Below the pieces are notes generated by a model. It did no database searches. It saw only the letters and a list, made by a program, of their open reading frames with translations, and was not told where the DNA came from. Shown here piece by piece: positions 20,423 through 30,026 of a DNA stretch of 64,000 nt. The DNA comes from an uncultured Candidatus Saccharibacteria bacterium. Its GTDB lineage: Bacteria; Patescibacteriota; Minisyncoccia; Phycocordibacterales; PALSA-1337. Position 1 is the first letter of the stretch, and every line of letters starts with the position of its first letter. Made by a program: the position numbers and the translations under genes. The stretch covers positions 37,521 through 101,520 of the forward strand of contig CAYXZI010000001.1 in assembly GCA_964470105.1 (NCBI GenBank), written 5' to 3'.

Positions 20423-22153
20423 GTGAAAGATAATCTCAAAAAGCCCAATGTCTTTGCCGTCCTTAAACCATATACTTGGCTTACCATTGGCCTAGTTCTT
20501 CTTGGTTTTGCTACAAATGGTTTAAACCTCATACTACCTAAGATAATTGCTCATGGCATAGACGTATATGGACAAACTGGTCAAATACTTTCAAGTGTAT
20601 TATGGAATTTCTTCTTTGCAGCTTTTGGTACATTCATCTTTGCATATCTACAAAGTATTGCTCAGACGTACACAGCAGAGAAAGCAGCTAGAGAACTGAG
20701 AGAGAAGATAGTTTCAAAGATTGCAGAACAAAACTATATGTATATTCAAGAAGTAACTGCTGGTAAACTTCTTACAAATCTAACTTCAGATATAGACAAC
20801 ATTAAGAATTTTATAGGGCAAGCAATAGTAACCATAATCTCATCTGTATTTCTAATACTAGGCGCAGCAGTACTTATACTTATGATTGATTGGAGATTAG
20901 CTCTAGCTGTACTAGCTACACTTCCATTCATAACTTTCACTTTCGCTTTCATATTCATGAAGCTTAAACATGTATTTAAGAAAAGTCAGGAGGTTATAGA
21001 TTGGCTAAACAAGATCATAAATGAAAGTGTACTAGGATCTTCGACTGTTAGAGTACTGAATTCAAAAAAGATTGAGAATGACAAGTTTACACAAGCAAAT
21101 ACCAGTGCAAAGGATCTTGGAATTAAGATAGTTAAGCATTTTGCAGTCACCTTCCCTATCATTGGTTTAATTGCAAATATAGCAACACTAATAATTCTTC
21201 TACTGGGTGGTCATTTCATAATCAATCAAACAATGACTGTTGGTAATTTCACCGCATTCGTTGCATATTTGGGGATAATAATATTTCCAATTATTATGAT
21301 TGGATTTTTAAGTAATTCAATTAGTCGCGCATCAGCATCATATGCGCGTGTATATGAAATATTAAATGCTAGTGATAAAAGAGATACTGGGAAACTAGTG
21401 GAATCAATAAAAGGAGATATTGAGGTTAAAAATGTTTCAGTAACTTTTGGAGAAAAAACGGTATTGAAAGATATTTCATTTAAGGTGCCTGCTCGTTCTA
21501 GAACTGCCATACTTGGTCCGACCGCAGCTGGAAAAACTCAACTTATGAACATACTAATAGGTATACTTCCACCAACTCAGGGAGTGGTACTTTATGATGA
21601 TAGACCTATAAATGAATATAATAGTGAGTCACTACACGAACAAGTTGGATTGGTTTTTCAAGATAGTATTATGTTTAATATGAGTCTTCGTGAAAACATT
21701 GCTTTTAGCAAAACAGTTACTGATGAATCTCTTAGGAAAGCGATTGAAACAGCCGAGCTATCAGATTTTGTAGATAACCTATCAAACGGTCTTGATGAGC
21801 TTGTAATGGAACGTGGTACCAGCCTATCTGGAGGACAGAAGCAACGTATTATGCTAGCACGCGCACTAGCCCTTAATCCTAAGGTGCTCCTTCTAGATGA
21901 TTTCACTGCTAGAGTAGACAGGGTCACAGAACAGAAAATATTAAAAAATATTAAATCAAACTATCCTGATATTACCCTGATCTCGGTAACTCAAAAAATA
22001 TCATCAATTGAGGACTTTGATCAAATCATAGTACTCATGGAAGGTGAAGTTCTAGCTTTAGGCACTCATAAAGAACTCTTAAACTCATCACCGGAATACA
22101 ATCAAATCTTTGATTCTCAAAGAAGTACAAATCACTATGAAATACAAACTTAA
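20423..22153 (+). CDS. ABC exporter, fused permease-ATPase (MsbA-like); half of a probable heterodimer
   Basis: Six N-terminal TM segments, Walker A GPTAAGKT, signature LSGGQKQR, Walker B LLLDD. GTG start. Confidence 0.85.
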   Translation: MKDNLKKPNVFAVLKPYTWLTIGLVLLGFATNGLNLILPKIIAHGIDVYGQTGQILSSVLWNFFFAAFGTFIFAYLQSIAQTYTAEKAARELREKIVSKIAEQNYMYIQEVTAGKLLTNLTSDIDNIKNFIGQAIVTIISSVFLILGAAVLILMIDWRLALAVLATLPFITFTFAFIFMKLKHVFKKSQEVIDWLNKIINESVLGSSTVRVLNSKKIENDKFTQANTSAKDLGIKIVKHFAVTFPIIGLIANIATLIILLLGGHFIINQTMTVGNFTAFVAYLGIIIFPIIMIGFLSNSISRASASYARVYEILNASDKRDTGKLVESIKGDIEVKNVSVTFGEKTVLKDISFKVPARSRTAILGPTAAGKTQLMNILIGILPPTQGVVLYDDRPINEYNSESLHEQVGLVFQDSIMFNMSLRENIAFSKTVTDESLRKAIETAELSDFVDNLSNGLDELVMERGTSLSGGQKQRIMLARALALNPKVLLLDDFTARVDRVTEQKILKNIKSNYPDITLISVTQKISSIEDFDQIIVLMEGEVLALGTHKELLNSSPEYNQIFDSQRSTNHYEIQT

Positions 22154-23903
22154 TACAGATTCAAATAATGATGTACAGAAATCAATATGGGTTGCCGTAA
22201 AAAAGATGGCTGAGCTTTTAGCATACGAAAGAAGGAAAATATCTTTGGCTCTAATAGCCATCTTCATTAATGCAGGATTAACTCTAATCGGACCTCTACT
22301 TGTAGGATATACAGTTGATAACTATGTTCTTAAAGGAGACTACCGTGGCGTATTAATCTTTTCAGGAATCCTGCTATCAATATACATTATCGCAGTCTTT
22401 GCAGCATACACACAAACACAACTTATGGGTTCTGTAGGTCAACTTACCCTGTTTAGACTAAGGAATACAGTATTTACCAAACTACAAGAACTTCCAGTAG
22501 CGTTCTTCAATCAAAACAAAACTGGGGATTTAATATCCCGTATCAACAATGATACTGATAAATTGAATCAGTTCTTTTCTCAAACACTAATGCAGTTTAC
22601 AGGAAGTGCTTTTACCATAGTTGGTTCCGCTATCTTTATCCTCTTCATTAACTACAGACTTGGTATTGCTGCACTCTTACCAGCAGTTGTGTTAGTTATA
22701 TTCAGCAAATCAATATCATCTTGGGTAAAGAAAATAAATTTAAATAGTCTAAGATCAGAAGGTGCTCTAAGTTCTGAGATTCAAGAGAGTCTCGAGAATT
22801 TTAAAGTTATCATAGCCTTTAACCGTCGTGACTATTTCAAAGAAAAGTTTGCAAAAGCAAATATTGTAAACTTTAAGAATTCAGTACTCGCAGGATTGGG
22901 AAACAATGTATTCATGCCAATATATGATTTTGCATCAAATATTGCCCAATTGATCGTTCTCGTATATGGAATATATCTCATATCACAAGGTAATCTAGAG
23001 ATTGGATTATTAATCAGCTTCCTGCTATATATTGCCCGCTTCTATGATCCATTACGTCAATTTGCTAACTTCTGGTCAACTATGCAGATTGCATTGGCTG
23101 GTTGGGAGAGAATTTCAGAAATTACCCGACTCGAATCTGACCTTACAATACATGAATCAAAGGAAATTCTTTCAGATGGAAATTCAGTTATATGTTTCAA
23201 GAATGTATCATTCCAATATCCAGAAAATACTGACAAGGTATTAAATGATGTGAACTTTAATCTAAGTACGGGTAAGACATATGCCCTTGTTGGTCCGACT
23301 GGTGGAGGAAAGACTACTACCGCTTCACTGATAGCTCGTCTCTTTGATCCAACGGAAGGTACCATATACCTATCGGGCAAAGATATACGATCATATACCC
23401 CTGAGGAAAGAGTGAAGAAGATTGGTTTCATTCTTCAAGAACCTTTCATATTTAGTGGAACGGTAAAGGACAATATCATCTATGGTAACACTGAATATAT
23501 CAATCTAAGTGCTGATGAGCTTGTATCTGTGTTAAGCAAAGCAGGACTAGAGAAACTACTTGAAAGATTCGACAAGGGTATAGATACAGAGATTGCGGGT
23601 AATTCAAATACCTTGAGTCTTGGTCAAAGACAGATAATTGCTTTCATAAGGGCGGTATTGAGGAAGCCTGATATCTTAATACTTGATGAAGCCAGTGCAA
23701 ACATAGATACCGTGACAGAGCGAGTACTTGAGGAGATACTACTAAAGCTACCTGAAAAGACTACTAAGGTAATTATCGCCCATCGACTCAATACAATAGA
23801 AAATGCAGATGAAATATTCTTTGTAAATGGTGGAAATATCACACCTGCTGGTTCTATGGATCAAGCAGTGGATATGCTCCTACACCACAAAAGAAGTAGT
23901 TAA
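22137..23903 (+). CDS. ABC exporter, fused permease-ATPase; second half-transporter
   Basis: TMD plus NBD (GPTGGGKTT, LSLGQRQ, LILDEASA). The first ATG at 22137 overlaps the upstream gene by 17 nt (the track ORF starts at TTG 22110). Confidence 0.85.
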   Translation: MKYKLNTDSNNDVQKSIWVAVKKMAELLAYERRKISLALIAIFINAGLTLIGPLLVGYTVDNYVLKGDYRGVLIFSGILLSIYIIAVFAAYTQTQLMGSVGQLTLFRLRNTVFTKLQELPVAFFNQNKTGDLISRINNDTDKLNQFFSQTLMQFTGSAFTIVGSAIFILFINYRLGIAALLPAVVLVIFSKSISSWVKKINLNSLRSEGALSSEIQESLENFKVIIAFNRRDYFKEKFAKANIVNFKNSVLAGLGNNVFMPIYDFASNIAQLIVLVYGIYLISQGNLEIGLLISFLLYIARFYDPLRQFANFWSTMQIALAGWERISEITRLESDLTIHESKEILSDGNSVICFKNVSFQYPENTDKVLNDVNFNLSTGKTYALVGPTGGGKTTTASLIARLFDPTEGTIYLSGKDIRSYTPEERVKKIGFILQEPFIFSGTVKDNIIYGNTEYINLSADELVSVLSKAGLEKLLERFDKGIDTEIAGNSNTLSLGQRQIIAFIRAVLRKPDILILDEASANIDTVTERVLEEILLKLPEKTTKVIIAHRLNTIENADEIFFVNGGNITPAGSMDQAVDMLLHHKRSS

Positions 23904-23922
23904 CTGTGCTAGAATATAGATT

Positions 23923-24204
23923 ATGACAACATTAGCTCAATCAGAAATATTCTTCTTCATTTCCAGTATTGGTTTTGTATTGCTCGGAATATTGATATCA
24001 ATCATACTGATATACTCGATAAAGGCTTTACATTCCTTTACTAGGATACTGGCTAAGATTGAAGATAGTCTAGATACCATCGGTGATACAACAATGGAAT
24101 TGATTGAGGACTTACAAAGTAATGTATTTTTTAGAATGCTTTTTAATCCGAAGAAAAAAACTGTTTCTAGAAGACCAAAGAAGATATTAGGTAAGGACGA
24201 ATAG
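23923..24204 (+). CDS. Small membrane protein (DUF948-like)
   Basis: 93 aa with one N-terminal TM helix, a coiled segment and a basic C-terminus. Confidence 0.4.
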   Translation: MTTLAQSEIFFFISSIGFVLLGILISIILIYSIKALHSFTRILAKIEDSLDTIGDTTMELIEDLQSNVFFRMLFNPKKKTVSRRPKKILGKDE

Positions 24205-24222
24205 AAGTAGTATACTAATTTT

Positions 24223-24582
24223 ATGAAAAAGAAAAATACTTCAAAAATGGCTAAGGTAGTAGGTATAGGTGCAGGTGCTGCAGCATTAGCAGCTAGTTCA
24301 TACTATCTTTTTGGTCCCAAAGGAAAGGCTCATCGAAAACAAACAAAAGAATGGATGGATAAAATGAAGGATGAGGTCATAGAAAGAATATCAAATATAG
24401 AAGATATGTCTGAGGGTACATTTCACAAGATTGTAGATGCTATTGTCTTTGCATATATTGCAACTGATGAAGCCACTACTCCAGAACTACAGAAGTTTGC
24501 AGAGGAATTAAAAGGACAATGGAAGAATATTGTTAAATCTCTACCAAAGTCAAAAAAGATTATTGAGAAAAAGAAATCCTAG
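24223..24582 (+). CDS. YtxH-like small protein
   Basis: 119 aa; an N-terminal Gly/Ala-rich amphipathic segment (GIGAGAAALAASSYYLFGPKG) then helices, as in YtxH proteins. It commonly pairs with DUF948. Confidence 0.4.
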   Translation: MKKKNTSKMAKVVGIGAGAAALAASSYYLFGPKGKAHRKQTKEWMDKMKDEVIERISNIEDMSEGTFHKIVDAIVFAYIATDEATTPELQKFAEELKGQWKNIVKSLPKSKKIIEKKKS

Positions 24583-24965
24583 TATAGGTTATCCTGAGGA
24601 TATCTGGTTCCACGTTTAAGGAAGTTTGATTCAATATCTTTTAGGTTAAACTTTTCTTTAAAATACTGGATGATGTATTCCCCATCCATTCCATTCTTGC
24701 AGGTATATACATCCGCACTCACAAATCCTCTTTTTGGAAATGTATGTATACTAATATGACTTTCCTCAATCACTACAATACCAGTCCATCCACCTGGATC
24801 TTTTGTATCGTTACCTTTAGCAAAATATACAACTGGATTAGATAGCTTCTTCATACCCAAAAGTCCTGGTAGATCATTGAGACATGAAGTAACTATTTTT
24901 TCATCATTGAGTAGTTTTTCTTCTCCACCATAACCGTCGACTGTAACATGTTCACCAAAGTGCAT
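24579..24965 (-). CDS. speH: S-adenosylmethionine decarboxylase proenzyme (SpeH type, pyruvoyl-dependent)
   Basis: VIEESHISIHTFPK contains the E-S self-cleavage site (the Ser becomes pyruvoyl); ~125 aa as in archaeal/bacterial AdoMetDC. Confidence 0.8.
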   Translation of the reverse strand: MHFGEHVTVDGYGGEEKLLNDEKIVTSCLNDLPGLLGMKKLSNPVVYFAKGNDTKDPGGWTGIVVIEESHISIHTFPKRGFVSADVYTCKNGMDGEYIIQYFKEKFNLKDIESNFLKRGTRYPQDNLY

Positions 24966-25036
24966 AAATTTAATTGTTAAAATAATATATTATATATACT
25001 AACACACATATTGTTTTAAAATGCTAGAATATATTC

Positions 25037-25600
25037 ATGAAAGAAAGCATTGCAATCATTGCATCCATTCTTGCCATCATTGGTAATGTTCCATATTTAA
25101 TGGATATAGTTAAAGGCAGAGTCAAACCACACCCATATACTTGGTTTGTCTGGTCTATTGTCTCTTGCATCATCTTCTTTGGGCAACTTGCAAAAGGTGC
25201 AGGGATCGGAGCACTTCCGACTGCTGCTTCAGAAATATTTACTGTATTGATATTTATATTTTCATTAAAGTATGGGTTTAGAGGTATACGAAAAATCGAT
25301 ACAATATTTCTTATCATCTCACTGATAGGTCTTGTACCATGGATCATCACAAAGGATCCAACTATATCTGTGATAATTGCAGTAAGTATAGATATATTAG
25401 CTTTCATACCTACACTAAGAAAAACATGGAGTGAACCGAGCACAGAGACTCCAATACTTTACAGTATGAATGTCCTTAGACATATTCTAATGTTATTGTC
25501 CTTACAGGCATATAACATTGCAACTACATTACATTCAATAGTTATGATAACTTCAAATTCATTTATGACTTTCCTAATATTAAGAAAAAAGAAACTATAG
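25037..25600 (+). CDS. Hypothetical polytopic membrane protein
   Basis: 187 aa with about 6 hydrophobic helices; the antisense ORF 25024..25443 is less protein-like and was rejected. Confidence 0.45.
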   Translation: MKESIAIIASILAIIGNVPYLMDIVKGRVKPHPYTWFVWSIVSCIIFFGQLAKGAGIGALPTAASEIFTVLIFIFSLKYGFRGIRKIDTIFLIISLIGLVPWIITKDPTISVIIAVSIDILAFIPTLRKTWSEPSTETPILYSMNVLRHILMLLSLQAYNIATTLHSIVMITSNSFMTFLILRKKKL

Positions 25601-26566
25601 CACTGGATTCTTAGCCTTACCCATCTCAAAGAAGCCTATAATATTTTCAGCTACCATTCTAGACATTTCATTTCTTGCTGATTCCCTTGCTGAGGCAATA
25701 TGAGGAGTGAGAATTACATTAGGAAACTTTGTAAGTCCCTTAGTAATCTTTGGTTCAAATTCAAATACATCTAATCCCGCTCCAGCAATCACTCCTTCCT
25801 TAAGTGCCTTAACCAAAGCTACTTCATCTATAACAGGTCCCCTTGAAGTATTTATGAGGATTGCAGTTTTTTTCATCATTCTTAATCTTTCCTCATTTAT
25901 GAGATGGAATGTAGAATCAAGTAATGGTACTTGTAGAGAAACAACATCGCTTTGTTTTAATAGCTCTTCGACAGTTGGTACAAAAGTAGCGATACCTTGC
26001 TTCTCAATGTTTTCATTTCTTCGTATGTCATAATAGATGACTTTCATTTCAAAACCTCTTCCAGCTTGATATGCTAGTTTCTCACCAATATGTCCTGTAC
26101 CAATGATTCCTAGAGTACTACCCTTTAGGTCTTTACCTATGAAATTGGTAGGTGACCAACCATTGTATTTACCCTTTCTTACATAGTCATTTGCCTCTAC
26201 AATGCGCGTAGTGAGGCCTAATATTAAAGCCATAGCATGTTCAGCTATGCAGTATCCGAAGTCTCCTGGTGTGTTGGTGACCACAACTCCTCTTTCCTTT
26301 GCATCCTTTATATTAAAGTTGTTAAAACCCATTGCATAGTTTGCAAATATTTTAGCTGTAGGGACAGCATCGAATACCTTAGCATCTACGATATCTGTAA
26401 GAAGTGTTAGTACAGCATCATACGGTTTCTTCTTTAGAAATTTAATTAGATCCTTTTGTGTTAGTGGTTCATTCTTTCCAGAGATATCAATTTCATATCC
26501 CTTGCTTTTAAGCATATCGATAGCGGGACCGGGTATTTCTCTTGTTATGAATATTTTTTTAGGCAT
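25595..26566 (-). CDS. D-isomer-specific 2-hydroxyacid dehydrogenase (glyoxylate/hydroxypyruvate reductase-like)
   Basis: NAD-binding GIIGTGHIG; catalytic R/E/H triad region (NTSRGPVIDE, HIAS). Confidence 0.85.
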   Translation of the reverse strand: MPKKIFITREIPGPAIDMLKSKGYEIDISGKNEPLTQKDLIKFLKKKPYDAVLTLLTDIVDAKVFDAVPTAKIFANYAMGFNNFNIKDAKERGVVVTNTPGDFGYCIAEHAMALILGLTTRIVEANDYVRKGKYNGWSPTNFIGKDLKGSTLGIIGTGHIGEKLAYQAGRGFEMKVIYYDIRRNENIEKQGIATFVPTVEELLKQSDVVSLQVPLLDSTFHLINEERLRMMKKTAILINTSRGPVIDEVALVKALKEGVIAGAGLDVFEFEPKITKGLTKFPNVILTPHIASARESARNEMSRMVAENIIGFFEMGKAKNPVL

Positions 26567-26586
26567 GGGTAGATTTTAACATAAAT

Positions 26587-27144
26587 TTAAATTCCCATCT
26601 CCTCCAATATTTGAGGTAATTCTTCAAAACCATCTTTAGCCGTAAGATGTCCGCCTCTTGGTATCACTAGAGTATTTGTAACGAATTTTCCAAATTTCTC
26701 CCTATTCTCCTCAAAACAATCGAAAGGATCATCATCTGAAATGATCAGGGTTGATTTTGGTAAGACTGCTTTTATTTTTACTAGATCAATTGGGGTCTTA
26801 ATCCAAGGTTCCGCAATTCTCTCTATTTCTACATCTTCCATGTTTTTTAAATTAAACCAACCTGCTACGAAGATAGCTCCACCAACCTTAACATTTATTT
26901 TTTCCAAGTAACGCAATATAGTTTGGCAACCAATACTATGTCCGACAAAATATGTATCGGAATTTGCTTCACCAACAATACTTTCAAGATGACTTACCCA
27001 TTTTTCAATAACAGGAACTTCGGTATCTGGCATTGAAGGGATTACTACCACATACCCCAACTTTTCTAATTCGACTTTTAACCAAGGTCTCCAATCATCA
27101 GTAGGGCCACCGGACCAACGATGCACGATTATTACTCTTTTCAT
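26587..27144 (-). CDS. Alpha/beta hydrolase, RBBP9/YdeN-like serine hydrolase
   Basis: GHSIGC nucleophile elbow; ~185 aa, as in DUF1234/RBBP9 family members. Confidence 0.6.
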   Translation of the reverse strand: MKRVIIVHRWSGGPTDDWRPWLKVELEKLGYVVVIPSMPDTEVPVIEKWVSHLESIVGEANSDTYFVGHSIGCQTILRYLEKINVKVGGAIFVAGWFNLKNMEDVEIERIAEPWIKTPIDLVKIKAVLPKSTLIISDDDPFDCFEENREKFGKFVTNTLVIPRGGHLTAKDGFEELPQILEEMGI

Positions 27145-27172
27145 TTCTCTATATTAACATATTTTATCACTA

Positions 27173-27201
27173 TTGACATATAGTGTAGAATGTGCTACTA
27201 T
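27173..27201 (+). promoter_or_regulatory. Sigma70-type promoter (TTGACA, 17-nt spacer, TGcTACTAT extended -10)
   Basis: TTGACA at 27173-27178, a 17-nt spacer, TACTAT at 27196-27201 preceded by TG at 27193-27194; it drives the GC-rich ORF 27272..27790. Confidence 0.5.
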
Positions 27202-27271
27202 ATACAACGGTGGGCTGGAACGGATTAGTTCTGGCAAGTAAACAAACGACGAAAACCAAATTGGTTAAGTT

Positions 27272-27790
27272 ATGAACATTGTAAATGCGATGCGCATCGC
27301 TAATCGCGCCAAAACACTCAGTGGCGGAAGAAACTACGCCCTCGCGAACATCTTGTTCGCAGCCGTGCTGGAAGTAGTCTTCACCCAGAGGTCAGCGGGG
27401 ACATGGTGTGTTCCTGTCTCGAACCTGGAAAAGGAGGGGGTGACCACAGAGGTTGTCCTGGAAACCCAAGACACCACTGGGGCATGCCATCGTGAAGCCT
27501 ACTATGACCTCTTGGTCGTGGAGTGCCTCAATAAGGAGGGGATCCTTGAAGGGTCGCTGTGCATCCCGTTGCCACTTTTGGATCCTCTCACCCTTGGGGG
27601 TTTGCTCAAAAAAGTTACGATAGGTGCTAAGAGGGACCACGATCGAGATTTTGAGGTGGATAACGCTGAACTTCTCACCCTCTGGGACAGAGTGCTCAGT
27701 GAGATTGATCCGGGGACTCTCCTGGATCTGGCGACAAGCCACCTCACTCCAAAAGCCATGGAGGCTATGGTTGAGGTAATCCCAGTATAA
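27272..27790 (+). CDS. Hypothetical protein encoded in a high-GC island (possible foreign origin)
   Basis: 172-aa ORF spanning a ~55% GC block inside an AT-rich genome; codons favour GC-ending triplets; own promoter and terminator; no recognisable domain. Confidence 0.45.
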   Translation: MNIVNAMRIANRAKTLSGGRNYALANILFAAVLEVVFTQRSAGTWCVPVSNLEKEGVTTEVVLETQDTTGACHREAYYDLLVVECLNKEGILEGSLCIPLPLLDPLTLGGLLKKVTIGAKRDHDRDFEVDNAELLTLWDRVLSEIDPGTLLDLATSHLTPKAMEAMVEVIPV

Positions 27791-27811
27791 TGGTCATGTG
27801 ATCAAGACTCC

Positions 27812-27850
27812 CCCGTCGAACGAGAAAACTCGATCGGCGGGTTTTCTTTT
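27812..27850 (+). terminator. Rho-independent terminator
   Basis: CCCGTCGAACGAG-AAAA-CTCGATCGGCGGG (13-bp stem, 2 mismatches) followed by TTTTCTTTT. Confidence 0.6.
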
Positions 27851-27852
27851 AC

Positions 27853-28662
27853 CTATTTCCCCAACACATCCTTCTTGTAGTGTTTAAGATACGCTACGAT
27901 TATAAAGCTAATAATTACCATTAGAAACCATGAAGTAATCTTGTTTGTAGAAACTACAGTCCATGCATGTATTTGATCTGGATATTTCCAAGCACCAAGA
28001 TATGTTGATATATTCTCTGCAATCCAAATGAAGAAAGCAATGAGAATGAAGGATATATTTAAATACATGGTTCGTACTGTATTAATGACAGTGAAATGTA
28101 CCTTGGTTTTAAGGAAAAGAACAAAGACTGCAATAATTAGAAATATTCTAAAGTCATAGATATAGTGATTGGTAAAGAAATTTATATATATCAAAGCACA
28201 CAGTACCACACTCAATACATACCTATCATAGTTCTCCAACTTCAATTTAAATATCTTCCATGCCTGACTGATATAGCTCCCCACTGCTGCATACATAAAT
28301 CCGCTATACAGTGGTACTGTAGAGATTTTGAAAAATGCATCTTCAGGATAGCTCCATGAACCTACCATAGGACTGGTTTTGTATATCTCTAAGACAAGCC
28401 CAATGATGTGAAAGAGAAATATAACCTTAACCTCATCCTTGGTCTCAAGTTTTGTTAAATACAGAACAATTTGGATTAGTACTGCCGAAATGAAAAGAAA
28501 GTCGTATCTAGCTAGACCCAATATAGATACATGATTAGAAATGAAAAGAAGAACAAAGAAAGAACCAGCAAATATACTTGCTTGTGCTTGTTTTAGACCG
28601 AAGATTAAAAATTCGTGTAATCCTTTTTTTATATAACTATTCATTATATTTAATATCCACAT
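27853..28662 (-). CDS. DUF817-like polytopic membrane protein
   Basis: 269 aa with about 8 TM helices; size and topology resemble DUF817. Confidence 0.45.
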   Translation of the reverse strand: MWILNIMNSYIKKGLHEFLIFGLKQAQASIFAGSFFVLLFISNHVSILGLARYDFLFISAVLIQIVLYLTKLETKDEVKVIFLFHIIGLVLEIYKTSPMVGSWSYPEDAFFKISTVPLYSGFMYAAVGSYISQAWKIFKLKLENYDRYVLSVVLCALIYINFFTNHYIYDFRIFLIIAVFVLFLKTKVHFTVINTVRTMYLNISFILIAFFIWIAENISTYLGAWKYPDQIHAWTVVSTNKITSWFLMVIISFIIVAYLKHYKKDVLGK

Positions 28663-29284
28663 CCCCTAAATGAGAGTGGTCACTCCATGTAAGGAGGAAA
28701 TACTTACCCTTTTCTTCCTCCACTATGGTTATACCTGTATTCTTCGGGATGAGGAATTTGGTAAGTTTTTCATAATCCCTAACTTCAAATTCATCACCAA
28801 AACACATTAGCCCCATTAAAATCTTTAGAACTTCACCATGAGTAACAACTAAAATATTTTCTTCTTTTAATGACTCTATATACTTTAAAGCACTCTTGCA
28901 TCTAGTAGTTAGATCAAAAAAGTTTTCCTCATCAGAATGATGCCAATCTTTATTACCAAAATTCTTACGTACTTCATTCATTGTGGCAACAACTTCAGGA
29001 TCAGTTTTAGATCTTCCACGTACAGCTGTAGGACGGAGTATTTCTTTAAATAGCGGGTTATGGTTAACTTCCATTTTAAGAACCTTGGATATAGCCTGGG
29101 CTGTCTGAGATGCTCTATCCATATCACTAGCTATGATTATATCTATCGGGATCTTTCTAAATCTTTCAGCAACAAATTCAGCCTGTTTAAAACCTGTATC
29201 TGAAAGAGATATGTCTATGTGTTGAAAATGATTTTTCTCATTACCACCTGTAGCGCCATGACGAACAAAGTATATTCTTTTCAT
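28637..29284 (-). CDS. Histidine phosphatase family protein (phosphoglycerate mutase-like)
   Basis: N-terminal RHG motif (YFVRHGATGGN) and a downstream catalytic His (VVTHG). Confidence 0.8.
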   Translation of the reverse strand: MKRIYFVRHGATGGNEKNHFQHIDISLSDTGFKQAEFVAERFRKIPIDIIIASDMDRASQTAQAISKVLKMEVNHNPLFKEILRPTAVRGRSKTDPEVVATMNEVRKNFGNKDWHHSDEENFFDLTTRCKSALKYIESLKEENILVVTHGEVLKILMGLMCFGDEFEVRDYEKLTKFLIPKNTGITIVEEEKGKYFLLTWSDHSHLGDVDIKYNE

Positions 29285-29361
29285 ATATTGATATTAGCAT
29301 TGAAATATTTGGTTTGGCAATTTATATAACCAGTTGCATAAAATATAATATAGATGTAATA

Positions 29362-29500
29362 CACTCAGCGTCCCCCCAGCCGAAAGGCATTGGAGACATA
29401 AATATCCCTTACGGGATAATAGACCGCTCGCAAGAGCTGTCGAAACCTAGCCGGATGTGTTTCTGTCTGCTGCATCATGTGCGCACGATAGGAACCCCGG
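29362..29500. ncRNA. Candidate structured small RNA (GC-rich intergenic island); orientation unresolved
   Basis: ~140-nt, ~55% GC block between two minus-strand genes with no credible ORF. GNRA-type hairpins (GCC-GAAA-GGC; CCC-GUAA-GGG on the other strand). A 6-bp closing helix AGCCGG/CCGGCT is followed by CTTTTTCTTTGTTTT on the plus strand. Confidence 0.3.
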
Positions 29501-29525
29501 CTTTTTCTTTGTTTTAAAAGTAATT

Positions 29526-30023
29526 TTAAGAAATTTTTGATATAAAAATATCCCTCTCTCTATCACTCTTTATAATGTAGATATCTTTAATTCCCTTATA
29601 TTTAAGAACCCTATCTCTCATTTCTGTTATTGAATAGGTGATAATAAACTTAACCAGAGCCCAATCTATTCTTTCCTTAACACCATCTGTCTTATCGAAA
29701 GGTTGATTACGATTGAATACTCTAGTAAAAGCTCTCCATAGACTTAAATATTTTGGATAATCTAAAAAGATTATTGTATCAGCACGATCAAATCGTAAAT
29801 CAATTGATGATCTGTAGTTACCGTCAATAATCCAGGAATCTCCATTAGTGAATCCCTCTGAGACCTTCTTAAATTCTTCTTTAGTTGCATATCTTTCTTT
29901 CCAACCGATATCCCAATAATATTTATCTAGGTGAAAAACTGGAATACCCAGCTTTTTGCCTAATATATTAGCTAAAGTAGATTTACCAGATCCAGATATA
30001 CCAACAATCGCTACACGCCGCAT
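29526..30023 (-). CDS. P-loop NTPase (adenylate-kinase-like AAA family / topology-modulation-protein-like)
   Basis: N-terminal Walker A (VAIVGISGSGKSTLA); ~165 aa. Confidence 0.6.
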   Translation of the reverse strand: MRRVAIVGISGSGKSTLANILGKKLGIPVFHLDKYYWDIGWKERYATKEEFKKVSEGFTNGDSWIIDGNYRSSIDLRFDRADTIIFLDYPKYLSLWRAFTRVFNRNQPFDKTDGVKERIDWALVKFIITYSITEMRDRVLKYKGIKDIYIIKSDRERDIFISKIS

Positions 30024-30026
30024 ATA

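Noticed and set aside
25024-25443. 139-aa minus-strand ORF.
   Set aside because: It overlaps the plus-strand ORF 25037..25600, whose product has regular TM helices; the minus frame is less protein-like.
27240-27340. Possible tmRNA. The stretch AAACGACGAAAAC and a nearby AACTACGCCCTCGCG resemble the E. coli ssrA tag-template (GCAAACGACGAAAACUACGCUUUAGCAGCU), and GGGCTGG...TTCTGG resembles the tmRNA 5' end.
   Set aside because: No tRNA-like acceptor/T-arm (GGUUCGAnUCC ... CCA) or matching 3' strand could be found. The reading frame continues for 172 codons without the stop that ends a tag. The comparison is from memory and the matches are short.
27392-27759. Two long minus-strand ORFs inside the high-GC island.
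   Set aside because: They are antisense to the better-supported plus-strand ORF that has a promoter and terminator; long open frames are expected on all strands in GC-rich DNA.
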